9,837 bases of DNA from a virus. Taxonomy: Duplodnaviria; Heunggongvirae; Uroviricota; Caudoviricetes. This document shows, piece by piece, positions 6,670-9,837 of this stretch. The stretch lies in IMG/VR virus record IMGVR_UViG_2711768014_000003, one strand, 5' to 3'. Each line of letters begins with the position of its first letter. Position 1 is the stretch's first letter. A program made the position numbers and the translations under genes. A model generated the notes under the pieces. That model saw only the letters and a program-made list of their open reading frames with translations. It was not told the DNA's origin and did no database searches.

Positions 6670-8399
6670 GCCGGAAATCTTACCCCAACGTAAATGCTGC
6701 AAATCAGTATGCCCGGGATGTCGTGCGCGGAAAGATTGTTGCCTGCCAGTTTGTGATTCAGGCCTGCCAGCGCCATCTTGATGACCTGATGGCGGAAAAA
6801 AGTAAGTCGTTTCGTTACCGCTTCGACAAGGACCTGGCTGAACGGGCCGCGAAATTTATTCAGCTGTTGCCGCACACCAAGGGGGAGTGGGCATTCAAAC
6901 GGATGCCCATCACGCTGGAGCCGTGGCAGCTATTTGTGATCTGCTGTGCGTTTGGCTGGGTCAATAAAGGCACCCGGTTGCGCCGCTTCCGGGAGGTGTA
7001 CACCGAAATCCCCCGTAAGAACGGCAAATCAGCAATCTCTGCCGGTGTTGCCCTGTATTGTTTTGCCTGTGATAACGAGTTTGGCGCGGAAGTGTATTCC
7101 GGTGCCACGACAGAGAAACAGGCGTGGGAAGTCTTTCGCCCGGCGCGACTGATGTGTAAACGCACACCCATGCTGACGGAAGCGTTCGGGATTGAGGTTA
7201 ACGCCTCAAACATGAACCGTCCGGAGGATGGCGCGCGGTTTGAACCGCTGATCGGCAACCCAGGTGATGGTTCATCACCCCACTGTGCCGTGGTTGATGA
7301 ATATCACGAGCATGCCACCGATGCGCTTTATACCACAATGCTTACCGGGATGGGGGCGCGACGTCAGCCACTGATGTGGGCCATCACCACCGCCGGGTAC
7401 AACATTGAGGGGCCGTGCTACGACAAGCGGCGGGAAGTCATCGAGATGCTCAACGGCTCGGTGCCTAACGATGAACTGTTCGGGATCATCTATACCGTTG
7501 ATGAAGGTGACGACTGGACCGGCCCGCAGGTGCTGGAAAAAGCCAATCCAAATATTGGCGTGTCGGTTTATCGCGAATTTTTGTTAAGTCAGCAGCAGCG
7601 TGCGAAAAATAACGCCCGTCTGGCAAACGTCTTTAAAACAAAACACCTCAATATCTGGGTGTCGGCGCGTTCGGCGTATTTCAACTTGGTGAGCTGGCAG
7701 AGCTGCGAGGATAAATCACTGACCCTTGAGCAGTTCGAGGGGCAGCCGTGCATTCTGGCCTTTGACCTGGCGCGTAAGCTGGATATGAACAGCATGGCGC
7801 GACTTTATACCCGCGAGATTGACGGTAAAACGCATTACTACAGTGTGGCCCCGCGTTTCTGGGTACCGTATGACACGGTGTACAGCGTCGAGAAAAATGA
7901 AGATCGACGGACAGCCGAACGCTTTCAGAAATGGGTGGAAATGGGCGTTCTGACCGTTACCGATGGTGCGGAGGTGGATTATCGCTACATCCTCGAGGAG
8001 GCCAAAGCGGCGAACAAAATCAGCCCGGTCAGTGAGTCACCCATCGACCCCTTCGGGGCGACCGGGTTGTCACATGACCTTGCTGATGAAGACCTGAATC
8101 CCGTCACTATCGTCCAGAACTTCACCAATATGTCCGATCCGATGAAAGAGCTGGAAGCAGCGATTGAATCGGGACGTTTTCATCATGACGGCAATCCCAT
8201 CATGACCTGGTGTATCGGCAACGTGGTCGGCAAAAACATGCCGGGTAACGATGATGTGGTGAAACCCGTCAAAGAGCAGGCGGAAAACAAAATCGATGGT
8301 GCAGTTGCGCTGATTATGGCGGTTGGCAGAGCCATGCTGTACGAGAAAGAAGACACGCTGTCTGACCACATTGAGTCCTACGGGATCCGCTCGCTTTAA
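6666..8399 (+). CDS. Terminase large subunit (ATPase plus nuclease)
   Basis: 577-aa product with a P-loop-like motif ([14 protein letters not shown]) and Walker B-like VVDEYHE. Length and position (after terS, before portal) are typical of Terminase_1-type large subunits. Confidence 0.9.
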   Translation: MSRKSYPNVNAANQYARDVVRGKIVACQFVIQACQRHLDDLMAEKSKSFRYRFDKDLAERAAKFIQLLPHTKGEWAFKRMPITLEPWQLFVICCAFGWVNKGTRLRRFREVYTEIPRKNGKSAISAGVALYCFACDNEFGAEVYSGATTEKQAWEVFRPARLMCKRTPMLTEAFGIEVNASNMNRPEDGARFEPLIGNPGDGSSPHCAVVDEYHEHATDALYTTMLTGMGARRQPLMWAITTAGYNIEGPCYDKRREVIEMLNGSVPNDELFGIIYTVDEGDDWTGPQVLEKANPNIGVSVYREFLLSQQQRAKNNARLANVFKTKHLNIWVSARSAYFNLVSWQSCEDKSLTLEQFEGQPCILAFDLARKLDMNSMARLYTREIDGKTHYYSVAPRFWVPYDTVYSVEKNEDRRTAERFQKWVEMGVLTVTDGAEVDYRYILEEAKAANKISPVSESPIDPFGATGLSHDLADEDLNPVTIVQNFTNMSDPMKELEAAIESGRFHHDGNPIMTWCIGNVVGKNMPGNDDVVKPVKEQAENKIDGAVALIMAVGRAMLYEKEDTLSDHIESYGIRSL

Positions 8400-8410
8400 C
8401 TGAGGTAATT

Positions 8411-8593
8411 ATGATCATGCTGATTCTCGCGCCTCTGGTGGGCGTGCTGGGTGCGCTTTTGCTGGCGTATGGTGCCTGGCTGATTTATCCCCCGGCGGGT
8501 TTTGTTGTTGCCGGGGCGCTGTGCCTGTTCTGGTCGTGGCTGGTGGCGCGATATCTCGACCGTACACGGCAGTCTGTCGGCGGAGGTAAATAG
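8411..8593 (+). CDS. Small hydrophobic membrane protein (two predicted TM helices), function unknown
   Basis: The 60-aa product ([60 protein letters not shown]) has GAGGT 5 nt upstream of ATG 8411. Its TAG stop overlaps a GTG (TAGTG) that is preceded by GGAGG. Confidence 0.5.
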   Translation: MIMLILAPLVGVLGALLLAYGAWLIYPPAGFVVAGALCLFWSWLVARYLDRTRQSVGGGK

Positions 8594-9749
8594 TGTTCTT
8601 TTCGGGATTATTTCAACGAAAAAGCGATGTGCCGGTGACCACGCCAGCAGAACTGCTGATGCTATCGGGCTGTCATACGACACCTATACCGGAAAGCGGA
8701 TCAGTAGCCAGCGGGCCATGCGCCTGACGGCGGTCTATTCTTGCGTCAGGGTGCTGGCAGAGTCTGTTGGTATGCTGCCCTGCAGTCTCTACAAAATCAG
8801 CGGTACCCTGAAAACACGGGCGGTGGATGAACGACTGCATAAGTTGGTTTCGGCAAAACCTAATGGCTACATGACACCGCAGGAATTCTGGGAGCTGGTT
8901 ATTGTCTGCCTGTGTCTACGGGGGAATTTTTACGCCTACAAGGTAAAGGCACTGGGAGAAGTGGTGGAGCTTCTTCCGATAGATCCGGGCTGTGTGGAAC
9001 CGAAGCTGAACAGCCAGTGGCAGCCGGTTTATCAGGTGACGTTTCCGGATGGTTCCGTGGATGTGTTGACCCAGAATGAAATCTGGCATGTGCGCACCCT
9101 GACGCTGGATGGACTTGTCGGGCTGAATCCCATTGCGTATGCGCGTGAGGCCATTTCACTGGCAGCGGCAACCGAGGAGCACGGTGCCAGGTTGTTTAGT
9201 AATGGTGCGGTGACATCCGGTGTGTTGCGTACGGAACAAAAGCTCACGCCGGATGCTTACGAGCGTCTGAAGAAAGATTTTGAGGAGTGTCACACGGGGC
9301 TTGGCAATGCTCACCGCCCGATGATTCTGGAAATGGGGCTGGACTGGAAGTCGATGGCGCTGAACGCCGAGGACAGTCAGTTCCTGGAAACCCGCAAGTT
9401 TCAGCTGGAAGAAATCTGTCGTCTGTTCCGGGTGCCGTTGCACATGGTGCAGAACACCGATCGCGCCACCTTCAACAATATCGAAGAGCTGGGGCTGGGA
9501 TTTATCAACTATTCACTGGTGCCGTATCTGACCCGCATCGAACAGCGGATCAACACCGGACTGGTACGAAAAAGTAAGCAGGGCGTTTATTACGCCAAAT
9601 TTAACGCCGGGGCGTTACTGCGCGGGGATATGAAGTCCCGTTTTGAAGCCTACGCCACCGGGATCAACTGGGGAATTTACTCTTCCAATGACTGCCGCGA
9701 CCTGGAAGATATGAATCCGCGTCCCGGTGGTGTAATGCCGATCAGTTAA
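8593..9749 (+). CDS. Portal protein, HK97-family-like; reading frame apparently disrupted near the 5' end (frameshift, pseudogene or sequencing error)
   Basis: The body (frame of ORF-track 8502..9749) carries portal-like motifs (RAMRLTAVYSCVRVLAESVGMLP...). That frame has no in-frame ATG or GTG before 8718. An RBS-backed GTG at 8593 (GGAGG 6 nt upstream, coupled to the upstream stop) opens a different frame encoding MFFSGLFQRKSDVPVTTPAELLMLSG..., which stops at 8725-8727. Confidence 0.7.
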
Positions 9750-9782
9750 GGATCAGTTGACCGATCCAGTGGCTGTGTAAGA

Positions 9783-9817
9783 ATCCGGAAACGCTCACTT
9801 GTTTCCGGATTTTTTTA
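9783..9817 (+). terminator. Intrinsic terminator downstream of the portal gene
   Basis: Perfect 10-bp stem ATCCGGAAAC (9783-9792) / GTTTCCGGAT (9801-9810), 8-nt loop, followed by TTTTTTT (9811-9817). Confidence 0.7.
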
Positions 9818-9837
9818 TGCACATTGGACAGGCTCTT

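Noticed and set aside
5953-6875. Minus-strand ORFs 5953..6357, 6156..6368, 6435..6875 and 6860..7258 over the HNH, terS and terL genes
   Set aside because: Antisense to strongly supported + strand genes; no independent evidence.
8502-8592. TTG 8502 as the portal start (415-aa protein, as in the ORF track)
   Set aside because: It would overlap the hydrophobic small gene by about 90 nt in another frame, has no SD, and gives a Cys/Trp/Arg-rich N-terminus. The RBS-backed GTG at 8593 is a better start but is in a different frame, hence the frameshift finding.

Overview
This window reads as one co-directional (+ strand) stretch of a lambdoid prophage or phage genome of enterobacterial type, running from the end of the replication module into the head-morphogenesis genes. 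Protein identities are from my reading of the ORF-track translations and motif recall, not from a database search. Gene order: DnaB-like replicative helicase, a small hypothetical protein, RusA Holliday-junction resolvase, Q-family late antiterminator, a late promoter and terminator directly after Q, a self-contained ORF6N-domain gene, four tightly packed tRNA genes (Ile2/Met-CAU, Arg-UCU, Thr-UGU, Gly-UCC), a ~680 bp ORF-poor structured spacer, a phage-21-type lysis cassette (pinholin, SAR endolysin, Rz/Rz1) interrupted by a 317-nt run of N, an HNH endonuclease, a GC-rich dyad that may be cos, terminase small and large subunits, a small membrane protein and an HK97-family portal gene. Most worth a second look: the portal reading frame is broken near its 5' end; the N run hides the endolysin catalytic domain and the Rz/Rz1 starts; and the Q-to-holin interval, the position where Stx phages carry toxin cargo, holds the ORF6N gene, the tRNA array and unexplained non-coding structure. 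I found no CRISPR array, transposase, integrase or recognisable toxin or defence gene in the visible sequence.
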